A stretch of DNA of 64,000 bases. It comes from Podarcis gaigeae (Eukaryota). The stretch is taken from the NCBI GenBank assembly GCA_964106915.2, contig OZ066924.1. The stretch is one strand, 5' to 3'. The translations under genes and the position numbers were made by a program. Positions 24,601-39,600 of the stretch are shown in pieces; position 1 is the stretch's first letter; every line of letters starts with the position of its first letter. The notes under the pieces were generated by a model. The model was not told where the DNA came from. It made no database searches and saw nothing but the letters and a program-made list of their open reading frames with translations.

Positions 24601-27600
24601 CGCACGATGTTGGCAGCTGCTAAGAGAGTCACTGTCACTGTCGAGTAGCCCATTCATATTAGCACTTTTGACCATCTGGACAAGTATAGGAGTAAGCTCT
24701 CCCTCCAATGCCAGGAGTCCCTGGGTAAACAAAATAACTGAGTGATGAGGGGAAATGTGGCAAAGAGTCTAAAGCACAAAAGTGAACATTGGTACTTAAC
24801 GGGATAAGTTCCTTTTCTGTAGGGAGAAAGGGGGTCCAGTGTGGGTTGTCACCACTCACCTCTCCACTGGCAGGAAGTCAAACTTTCAAGAAGGTACACC
24901 TGGTGTATCCCCTCACCAGTTCAATTCATGCTTAAGCAAATAACTGTATACCTATCATGCATATATGCTAGTGACTTTCTACCTGTTGTTAATAGTTTTT
25001 GCTTTTTAGTGCTTATTACACTATGGCCTACGCGCAGGCAGGTAATACAAGAAGAACTATGATTGTGGTGTCCACTTTTGATTAGAGCATATGGCTTGGA
25101 GCAGGGGTCATCAACCCAGTGCCCACAGGCACCATGACACCCATGAAGTCTTTCAGTGGTGCCCCTGAGTAGAGGCCCCAGACTTTGAGCTTTCAATTGA
25201 AATAAAAGTTAGTCTCCATCCATCCTGTTTTACCACATCAAGAAAGAAGCAATTTATAAATTTCACACACAGAATGACTGGTGCAGGGCCCCAACTATAG
25301 GGGGCAGAAGGGGCTTTGGTTCTCTCACTGGTGGTGGGAAGGGGGCTGAGCCCTCCCCAATATTGAGATGACTGCCACCCCCCACCCCCGCATGAGCGCT
25401 CATGTGCCAAGCAGTGGCGGAGGAAAGGGGTGCGGTCCACCCTGGGTATCATCACTGAGAGGGGTGACAAAATGACCAAAATATGAGTTTTAAGGGGGGA
25501 GGAAATATGAGTTTTAAAAATAAAAAATAAAAAATTGGGCTCATGAAACATTTTAGTTCAGTCAACAAATGCAGCTGGCACTGGGCACCACACTGCGGGG
25601 GCTGTCACTCCTGGGAGTGACATGGTGGCTTGGGTGCCTGCAGGCTCCATGCTGCCTGAAACGGCGTGTGACTTACATCTGCCCTCTGCCTCTCCCTCAG
25701 CCGCCCTACAACTGAGGGGGAGGCAGCGGAGAGGCTCAACGCAGCGTGCCCCGCCCCCGGCTGCAGGATGCACGCGCCATACCTGGCACCTGAGCATTGA
25801 ACTACTAATCATAAGTGAGAGGAAAGCATGTATGATATGAAAGTAGGCCAAGTAGCTAATTTTGCATGTCTTTAATATTTAAAACATTTTTTTAAAAAGG
25901 AAGTTCATTGTACAATCTCCGAAATTTTCTTATAAACAGCCTGTATTCCTTTCCCATCTTTCAGTTGAAATTATAATTTTCATAGTACCTTTGCAAAAGC
26001 TGCCGCAGTCATTTGAACTCTGCCTTCATCCGAAGCATAAATTTTCAGATCATGCCGATAGGTACTATGCAGTCTAAGTAAACCACATCCTGGAAATCCA
26101 GCATAGTCACCTACCAAAAGAAAAACAACCTTATAATCTTGCTTCTGTTTCTTTCCCCCCCAAGTTCTCGGTCTAAAGAAATGGCTTCCTTTGCCACCAA
26201 TAAATGAAATGAGTTACCTTGTCCACCTGGGTACATGCATCGGAAAGCTCTTCCTAGTTCCTCTGCCTGAACTCTGCCTGCAGGTGTTAATTCTCCTCCC
26301 CATTTTAGCACTAAGAGTAGAGATGGCTCACGTTTGTGGCTATCTAAATGCATACAAAAATACCACAATGCAAAATAATAGGTAAATAAAAACTGAGGAA
26401 GAACAACTAATTTACATCTAAATTTCATATGCTAGAACAATTTTTTAGCAGATAATTTTCCATTTCTGAGCTGAAGGAACTTGAAAAACAGAGGGGTGGA
26501 TCTAAAGAAGCAGCAACAGAAATGAGTGGGTGGAATGTAACTTTCTGACCCACTCCTCATCCCAGCAGCCTCTCCCAAAAGTTTGGAAACCCTGCTGAAT
26601 GGGGTAGGCTATGGCACCTGGGTAGGGGGAAAGTAAATCTCCCTATTTTTTGGCGATCCCCTCTTCTCACTCAAACCCCTACACCACAGTCCACACCATT
26701 AAACAGAGCCTAGGGAAAGGCTGCTTGAAATGAAGGGGTAAGAAAGTCACACTTCCAACAGTATTTGTCTGATTCAAATACAGTATGTTTGCAACACTGA
26801 AAAAACGGAAGAGAGAATAGAGATTATTCAGTTGAATAAACCTTTTAATATGATGAATAGTGGGCTATCATGTACATTCCTGTCAGGGACTAAGACTAAC
26901 ATATAAAAATGTGAGGATCCAAAGAACAGTGATACTATTCAGAGCATCAGGGATGAGTTTCGGATTGGATTTGTAGATTCTGAAACAGCAGCTGCTCATG
27001 CTGTATGGCAAATTGCTTCTGCAATTCTGGGGAATATCAAAAGCTGCTTGCAATAAAGCACTGGAAGGAGAGGGTTTGATGTTCAATTAAGAAGTCAAAC
27101 ATTGTACTTACAGCACAACCCTATTCATGTTTATTCATAAGTATCACTGTGTTCTGTGCGCTTACTGCATAGCAAGTGTGTTTAGGATGCACACCAGCCT
27201 TAAAAGTTGATATTTTGCTGATGACCAGAGCAAGCGAGGAACAAAATGTAATTAATAAACTTAAAAAACCCTACATGTTTCCAACTTCAGATTTTTTGAC
27301 AATAAAAGTGTTAAAAAGCAAAATTCAGTTACATTAAGCTAACAGAGGGACCTACTTCTAGAATTAATTAGCATCCCATACCTTCTTCTTCACTAGATGT
27401 TTTGGGACAACCATGAGGAAGATACGTCAGCTGAACTTTGCGGTTTATGCCAGAAAAATGTCCATACCTAAGAACAACAAATGGAGAATGGGGGAGGCAA
27501 GGAGCACACATTAAAAATGAACTTGATATATATCATGCAGCCTTGTAAGTGTGTGTGTGTGTGTGTGTGTGTGTGTAGCTATTGCATTGCTGCCATGATG

Positions 27601-30600
27601 AAGAATGCCTTTCCTGCACTGTACCACTTTATCCTGCAGGTTTCAGTACTTCCTACATATGCACAGCGAGCATGTTAGGCAAAATGAATTTACTTAACAT
27701 TCTTACTTAACTGGCAATTTTCTCTAGGGAGTTCTCTAGGGAGTAAAGGGAGTTTGTTTTCATAGTAGAGCATTCAAGCACCCAATTTCCACCTACAGTC
27801 TGAAGTAGTGTGCAGGAAAAGCTCTATCACTTGATTCTCTGATAGTAACCCTTGAACAGCTTAACAAAGCAGAAATTCACACAGCAAGTTAGTGTAGGCC
27901 AGTCTTCCCAAACTTGGGTGTCCTCCAGATATCTTGGACTACAATTCCCATCAACTATTACCATTAGGTGCTGACAGGGTTGTAGACGTAAGTATAGTTA
28001 TAGGTTTCTCAATCTCTTAAAGCAGCAGTCTGTGGGCATATTTGCAAAGCAGAAAAAACTGTCATGGACACCACACACATTTAAACCAAGCACATGCTAC
28101 AACCTATTCTATTGGCTGCAGTAGAATGCTTCTTTCAAGCCTAATTCAATGGGAAGGATGGCCCTATGGACAGTGGCGGAGAGCAGGCGGGGGCATGGCA
28201 CTCAGCACGGGTGGGGGGGCAGCTGTGATGGCACCCCACTGGGATTGTGCTGCCAGGGGTGGTGTGCTCCCCCTGCACCCCTCTTCCTTCGCCAGTGCCT
28301 ATGGACACTGGGAAAGGCTCATTGGCAACTCTTGTCTTAAACCAGAGTTAAAAGATCAGCAGAAGCAGGATAAAAGGCACTCTCCCCCAAATTCCCTCTG
28401 CCATTCTCCTGCAGGCCTTAGTTATCATTTATATGTCTCTGCAAGGAATATACATGCACAAAATGGCATTCAGTGGTTCATTAGAAATAGATTTCATGCT
28501 ACCTAAAATTCTGAAGATGCAGTAATAGTGTGAAAGAGTCAGAAACTGACTAATAACATGGATTAGTTCCCATATTTCAGATTAACAATGTGGTTGAACT
28601 CTCTTTGTTCCTTAAAGAAATCTATATATCTAAAAAAATACATGAGAAAGATACCCGTGTCAGCAGTAAGATCTCCAAATTAAATACTTACATCTCCAAC
28701 ACAGTTTTCAGCTGTTCAAGTTTAGATTTGTTTTCTTCAATCTCAGAGTCATTATTTTGTCCTAGCTCTATTAAGAGGTGTCTTGCAATGTCAAGTACTT
28801 CCTAAAAGAGTGGCAAATTGCATTAGCAGTTTATGAAGACAGGTGTGAGTGTAAAAAAAAGAAAAGATTTTTTTTAAAAACCCAACTTGCCTGCAATTGC
28901 TTCGGCTTTTTTAATTTTAGCTTCCCAGACTTGTATCCATTGCATTTTTCAAAAAGATCAAAAAACCTTTAAAATAAGCATGGAATGATTAGAAAGGCAG
29001 TGAATTACTTTGCTAGAAGTCACTAGGTCAAACTAGTATTATTTTCTGGTTCTAGATTTTTATAATAGGGAAAAGAATTGCTCATTGTTTAGGGAAGCTT
29101 TTAATATCTGATGGATTACTGTATTTTAATATTTTGTTGGAAGCCACCCAGAGTGGCTGGGGAAGCCCAGCCAGATGGGCGGGATATAAATAATCATCAT
29201 CATCATCAACCCCAAACCAGATTATTCATGTCTTCACATCTAGCAAATAACTGTTTGGGAAGCATGTGGTTGTTAACACATAACAATGTATTCAGTTATG
29301 AACTTTCCATATATTAACTGATGGTCTTGAAAAGACTTTGCACCACGTTGTATATGCAGTCTCTACGGAATAGTATCTCAGGTCACCATTCTGTGGCTTT
29401 TGCTCCCTGAACATTCGCCAAGGCTTATGTTTATAAGCCATTCTCAAGCCAGTTTTGAAATAACTAATAATATGCACTTAGAAAGTAATGAAACTGATGT
29501 AAAGCGAGCAAGTCAAAGTTAAGCTGGTGTAAAGGTCAACCAGGGTTGCTGCTTTGCCTAAGCCTTGGCGACAGAAAACAAGCCCTTAAAATAGTGTTCC
29601 GCACTGGATTGCAAGCTTACAAGACCAAGCTGAATGGGCTTAGGATGCCATAACCCTTTTCTGGGATTTACACCAGCCTTGACTCAGCCAGCTTCTCCTC
29701 AGCATTCTGAGCAAGTTATAATACCAGTGTATCTTTGGCTGAGCCATCTGAGCCAGAAATCAGCAAGCTGAACTGGAGAGCCACTGCATCCTAAGTGGCT
29801 CATACCAGTGAATCTTGCCATAGGACTGCCCCGAAGAGTTCTGTTTTATTTGTTTAAAAAATTATATATACTGTAATTACTTCAATGGAACGTCCAGGGC
29901 AGTTTACAAAATACAGAAGTAAAATTAAACTTTAAAAGCATAAAAAACAAAACATTTGATGCTACAGCCTCTTAATACATAAATACAGATGAAAAATCAA
30001 ATTAAATGTCAATAAACGCAACACAGATGCACATCTATGCCCCCCTCGGTTTAAACAATTATCTTACTACATGTAATGGGGAAAATATCAAATTTGTTCA
30101 TTACATCCCCCCAGCCAATTACTTACTTCTGATGTTTAACTTCCATTTTCATTTTTTGTTTTGGTGTTCGATCTCCATGTCGTATAACAGCAATAACACA
30201 TCTAAGTTCCATCCTGCAAGCATACAAAGATTTAAAAGCACAAAGTTTGATTGTCATTAACAGCAACAAAAAAGTATGAAAAAGAGAACATGTAAATATG
30301 ATTTCTCATATAAACATTAACGAAACATTTCAATGAATATGTTGTTGAATTATTCTAAACTGAAAGTGAGCGAATACTGAGAGATAAGAAAAATAGAAAG
30401 TGTTACATAGTCAGGTTGAATAATTTAGACAGAGGGGAAAAACATTCTCGTACATTGTTCCAGATGTAGTTGGCACAATAGGAATATCCTCTGCTTCTAA
30501 AGGTATGGACCATGGGATCTGAAACTGTGGAGCAAGTTCTCGCATTACGATATTTCTAAATGGAATAGAAATAAGTGTTTGCTGAAATTAATAAGTCTAC

Positions 30601-33600
30601 ATTAATAACAATTAATAATTTGTCTAATAAAAACAAGTTGAAAATGCATTAACCCCTTAATGAACCATACCCACATATGTTATGTTCCATAAATAACGTG
30701 CCATTCTTTAATAACCAATCATGCTGCTTCTAAAATATTTTTCCCTAATCCTGAAGTTCCTAAAGTGGATCTCAGTGCCCTGAACACTTTATTTATGCTA
30801 GTGGAGGCCCTCTGCCTTTGTGTGGGGGTATGCCAGTGTTTTACATTGAGCAGCCGGCTGTGCTAGTGAAGCCATGGCTTCTAGCTGTCTGCCCTCTTCC
30901 TTTCCTTAGAATGCCTCTGAGGAATTCTTCGCTTTCCAGCATGCCTAACACCCATGGGGGGAAAAAATCCCTTTTTAAAAGGAGAAAGGACTCATGCTGC
31001 TGCATGGTAAGCTTGGGGATGGGGAGGAGAACAACCAGGGATGGTTTGTCTCTTTGTGTTTTATTAAGTACTGCACATTTTGCCTTTCCTCAAAGTTGCA
31101 CAGAAACTATACTGGGTATGCATGCTCATTATGGGCATCCTAAATAGCTGTTATTTTATCTGAATTAATTGTGTTAGCTCTATTTTGCAAGATACAGTTT
31201 CCAACAGGTCAACCACACAGAGGACAGTATTCAGCTAAGTCCTACTCAGAAGAGACCTACTGAAATTAATGAACCTGAATTAGTCAGGTTCATTAACTTC
31301 AATGGGTCTACTGTGAATAGGACTAGCATTGAATACCACCACGGACATTCTATTTACTTTAAATAAATTATGGAAAGGAAACGGTCTGACAAATAGCATA
31401 AAATCTTACCCAAGAATTTTAGCACAATCATCATAATATTTCATAGAATTCTTCACGAAACTAAAGCCATTGACATCACAGACGTAAGATTGTCCATTTG
31501 CACGCAACAGATCAAAGCCACAAACTGTTTGCTGTCAAGACAAGAAATCACAAGGTTTATAAATTTATAAAACTTCAGATAATTATCTACAGTAAAAAAT
31601 AATACACAAAACTCATCTCTTCTTCAAGGATCAGGTTCAACTTGAAATGTATTTAATGAATAGCTTCTCCTCACAGAAGGTCTCACTACTGCATTTTTTA
31701 AAATCTTTGGATTTTACGCCCTTCCAAAGTCTAACCCTTATCTTATCCCTTCAAGCAGTGAGATATATTAATAAAATAATTTGCAATACATAGTACCATG
31801 TAAATGTATTTCAATCTTATAAAGTAGCATAAATATTAGCAAAGGACTCAGTTCAAACAGCCAAAAATATAGGTCAGTCACAAATGATGCAAAAAGCACA
31901 CACATTTTATCGGGCTCCCAAGTTTGTGTAATGTAGGTTTTATTTACATATTTGTCTTAGCATACTTTCTCTCCTAGTCAGAAGAAGAGAAGGAAGGTCT
32001 TGTTCCCCCTCTGCTGCCTAACAGGGAACAGCATTTGTTGCCTAGGCACAGTGGCAAGGGAGTGCATAGCTGGCTGCCAACCTTGGTGTGGCTGGCAATG
32101 TAGTATTTCTGCTCTTCTCACCCACATGGGAGGCTAGGAGAGTGGGAAGTGGGCCTCCCAGGGCAGTCCTGGGTGAAGACTTCACTCATCCAGAATCACT
32201 CTGGGAGTACTTAAGGTGAGCTGTGGAGAGTGGAGTCACCACAGTGGGCATCAGGATTGCCCTCCCATCCTCCCTTTAATACACTGGTTTATGGGTTATC
32301 TGCTGGAGAGTGACAGTCCCACTTTGACCTTGCTATGGATCATTTTATCACACTGTTTGGCCAGGTCTGCAGGTTTCACCTACTTCAGAGCCAAAATCAC
32401 AACTTTACGGTAGAAAAGCCATTAGGCTGGATCACTACTGAGGATGGGCAGAGGGAGAGACCCCTCTCAAGTTGTCCCATAGGAGGATCTCCTTAAAGGA
32501 TTTTGGAGGGCTGCACTTTTTATCCAGATGGCTGCACTTTTTATCCAGATGCCAAATCACCCCCTGCTGCTGATCATTGGGGGTTCCTCATCTGTGCTAC
32601 CTCCCTCCCTGAATTTTGGTCAACCCCAATGCTTCATCAACCAGCAAGCAGGCCGCTGGAGGCTTGTAATGCCATGCCTGATGCCTATGCCAAACCTGTT
32701 GCATCCATAATCAATAAAGATGTGGTCTAACTTGAATCCAACACCTGTCTCCTGTTTCATCCTTGTGTGTTCCACCACTGCCTCACTGTGCTTGGGCTTG
32801 CAGATAACAATTCTATAACAACTCAAAGCTAAGGAGATGCCCTCTGGGGTATAAACAAAGACCACTTTCTCCAGCCTTCATTCATTTTACCTTAAAAGCT
32901 AGGCATACTTTCCAAGCTATAAGCTTCTCCCTTGCATTAAGGATGACTGGATACCGTACTTCTTTCCCTTCACTGTCCCGCTCCACTTTTCCATCCAGTG
33001 CAGGGGATTTACGAGCTTCTGCATGTGCATAATCTGGTCCTACTGTGTATACCTTTATTTGGAAATAAAAAATTACAACAGAATAAAAAACTTTTTTTTT
33101 GGTTCATTACTTTTTTATTTCATAGTCAGCTCCTGGGCCTCTAGAGTCATACTCATTACTTTCACATCATGGGGAGATTAGTGACAAACTGAAAAGCGCT
33201 ACAAGTTCCAATGCTATACTGTATCCATGTCCCAATTGGCAACCTAATCTTGCTGAAAGTTTCATATTACAGCTTCTGCTACTACCAATTTATTTAACAT
33301 GACTCCTAATCAGATAGCTTACAATCTTTGGCCAGGACTCAAAGAATGTGCAATCAGCTCTGCATACCCAAAGGGATTTAGATTTGTTTTTCTTTAAACT
33401 GCTCCCTGCCCACATCACATGGCAGCCAGATAATGTACTATGGGAGTTTCAAAAGCAGTGGTATGTTTCTTCAAATAAAAAAGTAAGAGATTTCCCTCGT
33501 CTTGCCTAAAATAGCTCTCTGAATCCAACCCTTTGTACAGGATGAACCAACAAAGAATTAAAGTAGGCACAATTGATTTGTTAGGATTATATTATATCTA

Positions 33601-36600
33601 TAATTATCAAACTTCCAAACACTTAATTTTGAAAAGCCTCATGCCAATCTGTAGTTACAAGTTGTAATTTTCCTATGTAGAAATGTTTTGTCTTAGTTTT
33701 CAAAGAATTTTGACAAATAAAAAAACAACAAGAAAATCCAGCTGCTGTATGATTAACTGATAATGAATGTTTAGGCAGCTTTGGAGACCACCAAGAGCTA
33801 CATCAACTGCTCACAGAAATGCTCCATGATTGCTGAAGACAACTGTTTCCAGACTGTACAGATCAGTCAAAAGCATCTTAGTATTTGAAGCATAGTTTTA
33901 TGATTTAGGAATGCAGGTCCATTCCTATACACTTTCTTGGAATTTTGGTCTAACACAATGTACTTTATTTTCAAGAAAGTATGCTTAGGAATGAAATGTT
34001 AGAATAATTTCATTTCAGGACAAGTGTATTTGTCTGAATACACATTCAGAAAACAGTATAGCAGTATGTTCTTTTTGAATGGTAAACTGTAATCACAAGA
34101 GTATCTAAAGAGAGAGACAAACTAAAACATGAAGTGTTCCTTTTACTTGGAGAAAACAAAACATGATATGTAAACTATTTTAAGTTTAATAATAGCAGTG
34201 CTTCAGGCAGAGATAAATGCCTCACATCTAAAGTTGCTGAGTTCGTTAAGTACTTGATTGTTCTAAATATAAACCAGAATATGCAGTTGTCATACCTTCA
34301 CATCAGTGCCATCTGTAGGCATGAACTCCTCGTAGATATATGAACCAGTTTTCCGCACACTGCTTTCAGGGGAATAAACACTGCTTCTGCTACCGATCTG
34401 AAACACAAACCTTCCCATCAATATTATTTCATACAAAGACAAAGCCTTCTCAGATCCATAAAACCCTGTACTTCTTTTGTCATCCCTCCCTAGCCTATTT
34501 TTCCCCAAGCACTTCAAAAATAAAACCAAAAGCAACCTTATGTTATAAAAGTTTAGTGTGGTGTAAAAAGGGCAGAAATGTGTAAGGAGGAAAGAGAAAA
34601 ACCTAGATAGGCTGACTCTCCCATGACATAAGCAGACCCAGAAGATTCTCTAGGCAGGTAACCTGAGGTCTCTTAAGTTCACAGAGCATGGAAATAGAAA
34701 GGGGCAAACATTCTCCACACCCACGATACTTTGCCCATTCCAAAACACTATCACTCAGTCCAACCTTGCCTCAGTAACGCATAAACTTTGCATGTTAAAG
34801 ATCCAATGGTTTAATCGCTGGCATTTCTGGTAGGGCTTGGAAAGCCTTGTTAGAAGCCCTGGAGAGCTATTGAGGTGGACTAATGGAATGACACAAAATA
34901 AACTCTCAGAAATCTTCTGGTGGTGATGATACACAGTGTGTGAGATTGCTCCAAATGAGAGATGGGGAGATAAACTGGGTGTAAGACAAGTTGTGAGCTA
35001 TTTTGAACACAATTTTTTGTGGAAAGGTGACACACAAATGAAAGACTAACTGAATGAAAACTACATCATTTGCTCATTATACATTTCCATAATACAGAGC
35101 CATCCTCTGTCATGTTATTCAGTGGATAACCATTTCTATTAATAGAGATATTCTCTTCCCCATTCCCTTTTCACTCTTCCTTATGGGTCAAGTCCAATGT
35201 ACACAATTTAGCTGCAACCTTCCAGCTAATGCTATTTCCAACATTCTCCTAAGAACTGAGTAAGCTAGTTCCTTCTATCCTATAAATACATTTCAGTGCT
35301 AAAAAACCATTTTTACTATCCTTCAGTTTAACATATTCTCACTTTTCGAAAGAGCCTCTGACTTCCACCACCAGCAGATGTTGGATAGTAAATATAAACA
35401 TTGTGGTCCTCAGCACTGACAGGCTTCTCCACAAATGGTTTTTGGAAAACTTCTCCATTCACCTCCACATGATCTTCGCCTTCAATCAAATTGCATTCTG
35501 GAAAACAACATGAAGTGCAGACTTTAGGCTGGAGATACAAGCAAGTTTACTAATCAGAAAAAAAATATGTTTAGAACAGAGCCCTTTGAAAATTCCATTA
35601 TAATAGCCATTACCTTGTGGATTGTTTGGATCACGGATTAGAACTGCGTAACGAGGGAGTAAAATACCTTCAGCTTCGAGAATGCCATAAACCTCTCTCC
35701 TAAAAGAATTTTTTTTTCACAAAATGAATATTATCAATGAATTATGCATTCAAAACATTTCTCTAAAAAGTTACATAATTAATTAATTACAATATAAGGA
35801 TGGTATCAAAGTAGTAAGATCTGGATTTTACTTCCACTACCCTGGTTCTGGTATAAAGTGGGTACACGTGAACATACCACTCTTCAGGGAAGTAGCTTAA
35901 ATCTGCCCAGACAAGGAGAACAGAAGTGTACACTACATCTCCTCAAGGAAGATAAGGAGGACACACTCATTCATTCATTAATTGGGAATGGAAGTATAGC
36001 CTAGAGCATTTCTTCTATCTGTTGAGTGTCTAGCTTTGACGAATATGCACAATTTACCCATGGGGCATATTCTTTTTTACATTCTATTGCTTTCATGACT
36101 ATAATTTATGATTATAATCTGTGCAGGAATACATAATTGGAACAGACACTAAACTGTATCCTGTTCTGTTTACTGTACCTTTCATAAACTTAATATTATT
36201 TACTGTTTTAAGGTGAACACTCTATATACATTTCTCAGCTGAATATTATTCCATTTTAGTTACATTACAGCTTTTTACTAGCTTTCTTTTCTTTATGTTA
36301 ACTACTTTACCTCCATAATAATCAACCTGATGAGACAGCATTTCATTGAGGCTTTTTAAATATCGTACTAAGGCTTTTTAAATATTGTACAACAACTAGA
36401 GTGTGGGATATTTATTTATGGCTATTTACTTACCTGTCTTGTATGTGATATTGCATATTCAAGTCATTAATAACAAAAGGATTTCTCAGCTTTGAATAAG
36501 CAACTGCTTTGTCTAATGGAAATCCTAAATAAAAAATATTACAGAATATTAGTTCACAACTATTACATTTGTATAAATCTTGGTGATGGATTGGAATTCT

Positions 36601-39600
36601 TACTTTCCAAATTGACCTATGTGAAGAGGCTGTGTAAATGATCTGTAATCCCTTCAACTGTGAATAGTATCTGGTTTCAAGTGAGTCATATTCATATTGA
36701 TCCAACTGGCTTAGAAATTTTCCTTAGTTTTTATTCCTTGTTTTAGTCAGCTAAGAAAGGATAAGTTCCCATTACTTCACTACATTGGACTTCTCCCATC
36801 CCAAAGCGGCCTTGCTTTTAAAAGAAGGCATTGATGCACCAATTGCAGTACAATTATCAGCATGTTTACTTAGAAATATATATTTTTTATTTCAGTGAGA
36901 CTTGCTCACTAATAAGTGAGTTAAGGAATGTGGATGTATATCGTATGTAGTTTTGGCCCTTGCTCCAAAAAGGGTACTAGCACAAGGTTATTATTGCCTG
37001 CTGACAAAACAGTAAGTGGCTGACCGATTGGTTTAAAAAAATAAATAAATAGTACACCCACTTTCTGTTACCATCACAGAAAGCATGAACCCTTTGCAAA
37101 CTAGAGCTGGAAATCCTAGTTTTGAGCAGGGAAGCCCCAGGGGGGGTAAAAGCTCTAAATTCTCCTCCCGCTGAATAGACATTGCATTTAAAATATAAAT
37201 AGGGGTTTCCATTATATGTACTTTACCCCGAGTGTAATATTCTAAACATGCCAATGCCCAAGTAAATTCCATATAAATAAAGGGATTTTCTTCCAAGGAA
37301 GTGTTTTTTTTATTGCAGTGTGAAACAGATTGACACTGCTTTGTAGCATATAGGTAAGGTAAAGGTAAAGGACCCCTGGACGGTTAAGTCCAATCAAAGT
37401 TGATTATGGGGTATGGCGCTCCTCTCATTTTTAGGGCTGAGGGAGCCAGCTTTTGTCCACAAACAGCTTTCTGGGTCATGTGGCCAGCATGACTAAACCG
37501 CTTCTGGCACACGGAGGACCGTGACGAGTGCCAGAGCACACAGAAATACTGTTTACCTTCACACTGTAGCTGTACCTATTTATATACTTGCACTGGTACG
37601 CTTTTGAACTGCTAGGTTGACAGAAGCTGGGACAGAGCAATGGCAGCTCACCACGGTTGTGTGTATTTGAATCACCGACCTTCCGATCGGCAAGCCCAAG
37701 AGACTCAGTGGTTTAGACCACAATGAAATATCAAGTTAATTGAAACATTATGTCTCTTCTATTACTACAAACTACTGAATTAATATATACACACATATAT
37801 ACATTTCAAAGTAGTGTTGCTTAAGGCAATTTATTTTCTAATATTAAAATTACATTTTTTTCCAAAAAGGCAAAAAGATTCAAACTTAATACATGCGATA
37901 TGAAGACACTTTACATTATTGTGATTATTCATGTGTTTTATTATTGATATATTTGCCACCCTGACTTCCTTTGGAAGGAAGGGAAGGATATTAAACAAAC
38001 AAACAAACAAACAAACAAACAAATAAATAATAAACAAGAGAGTAATTACCTTTAGAATGAAAAGAAATGAGACAGTCACATAAAGGCCAGTTTTCCACAG
38101 GTTCATTCAAAATCACATCTTCTTCAAATATTACTACTGTGATATATTTAAACATGGAAAGGCGTTCAAGGATTTCATTCATTGGTTTTGATTTTGATTT
38201 CTTTGCCATAGAACATATTCCAACCATGATCTGTCTTTCTGGTGGCTAGTAATAATAATTTTAAAAAGGTCAGTAACATAAATTTGGGTTTCAAAGCTTT
38301 TCCCCATATGCTAACTGAACAATGACCATGCAATATTCTTACTAAGTATTAAACAACAGGCTCATTTCACAAACATTTATTATGCTTAAGGGGCAGGGAA
38401 TGTAACCTGATATCAGAGTTTCATTCTCTAAGCAATATGCAGTAAAAAATTCTTCACATTTATGAAGGAAACAATATGCCTTTATACGCTTTGTGAAGAA
38501 TACAGTCTTGACAAGCAGGGCTGCAGAAACAATGATAATATATAAAACATAAAACATAGTAAGCCCATGCTGAAAGTTTTCTTAAATGTGAAATTGTTCA
38601 CAAAGGCATTAGCTATGTCCCATCTACAACCTTCCAACAAACTTAACCATGTAAATCTAAGAGTACCACTTGCATTTAAAAATATTATTCTGACTGGAAT
38701 AAATTTACAAAGCAACAGCTTCAGAAACCCCATTAATTTCAATGTCACTTGTGAAGGATGCCCATGAAGCTGTGGTAAGAAGCTGTATGACAGCAGTGTG
38801 TTGGAATGTGTCTACAATAGTACGTGACTATGATGATACTTGAAGCAACAAAACGTTTCACAGCTAGAAAAAGAATTAAATACATTCTATATTTATTATT
38901 TAAACAGGTGAGAGACTTAACTTTCAATCCAACAAATGAAATTTTAGTCAACAAGAGTGAAACTAGAATGAAACTAGGATATTAGTACTATATGATTTTT
39001 ACTTTAACCGTCCTTCTTCAAAATGACCATTCAACAACCTTAACTAAAAGCTATTTTTAATAAATAAATAGTTTGTTTGTTTTTTATAATAAATAGTTTG
39101 TTCCATAAATCTTTCCAAATTTTAGAATCTAAGATGTTAGTTTAACCATAACTGTTTCTTAATATTGCAATTATGAAACTTTGGGGCTCTTCTAAATAGT
39201 TTGAACCTGCTTCTTAATATTGCAATTATGAAACTTTGGTACTCTTCTAAAAGCTATCAATTTTGATTTCTACATATTGTATAAACTACTGAAACTGGTC
39301 TTGATCAATTTGGTTTTAATTTAGCAAATGTCAATGTGTTTCCTTACAACTATACCTAACTAAATATTTAAACACTTTGCTGAAATGGGGCCATAGTGCT
39401 TATTGCTTTTTATGCTCATTTCCTATCTTCTCTGTTAACAACGCTTTAGTATCTTATCAACTCAAACAATTACTTGCCCCCAAACAATGAAACAAAGTAC
39501 ATACAGAATCATACTCATCGTCTTCATCTTCATGATCATAAAAGGCTTCAAATTCTGCAGACCTGGATGGATTCAAAAACTCATCTGGATCTTCACCACC

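Noticed and set aside
32509-32551. Short tandem duplications (21 bp here; 22 bp at ~36349-36390)
   Set aside because: Ordinary slippage duplications with no sign of function
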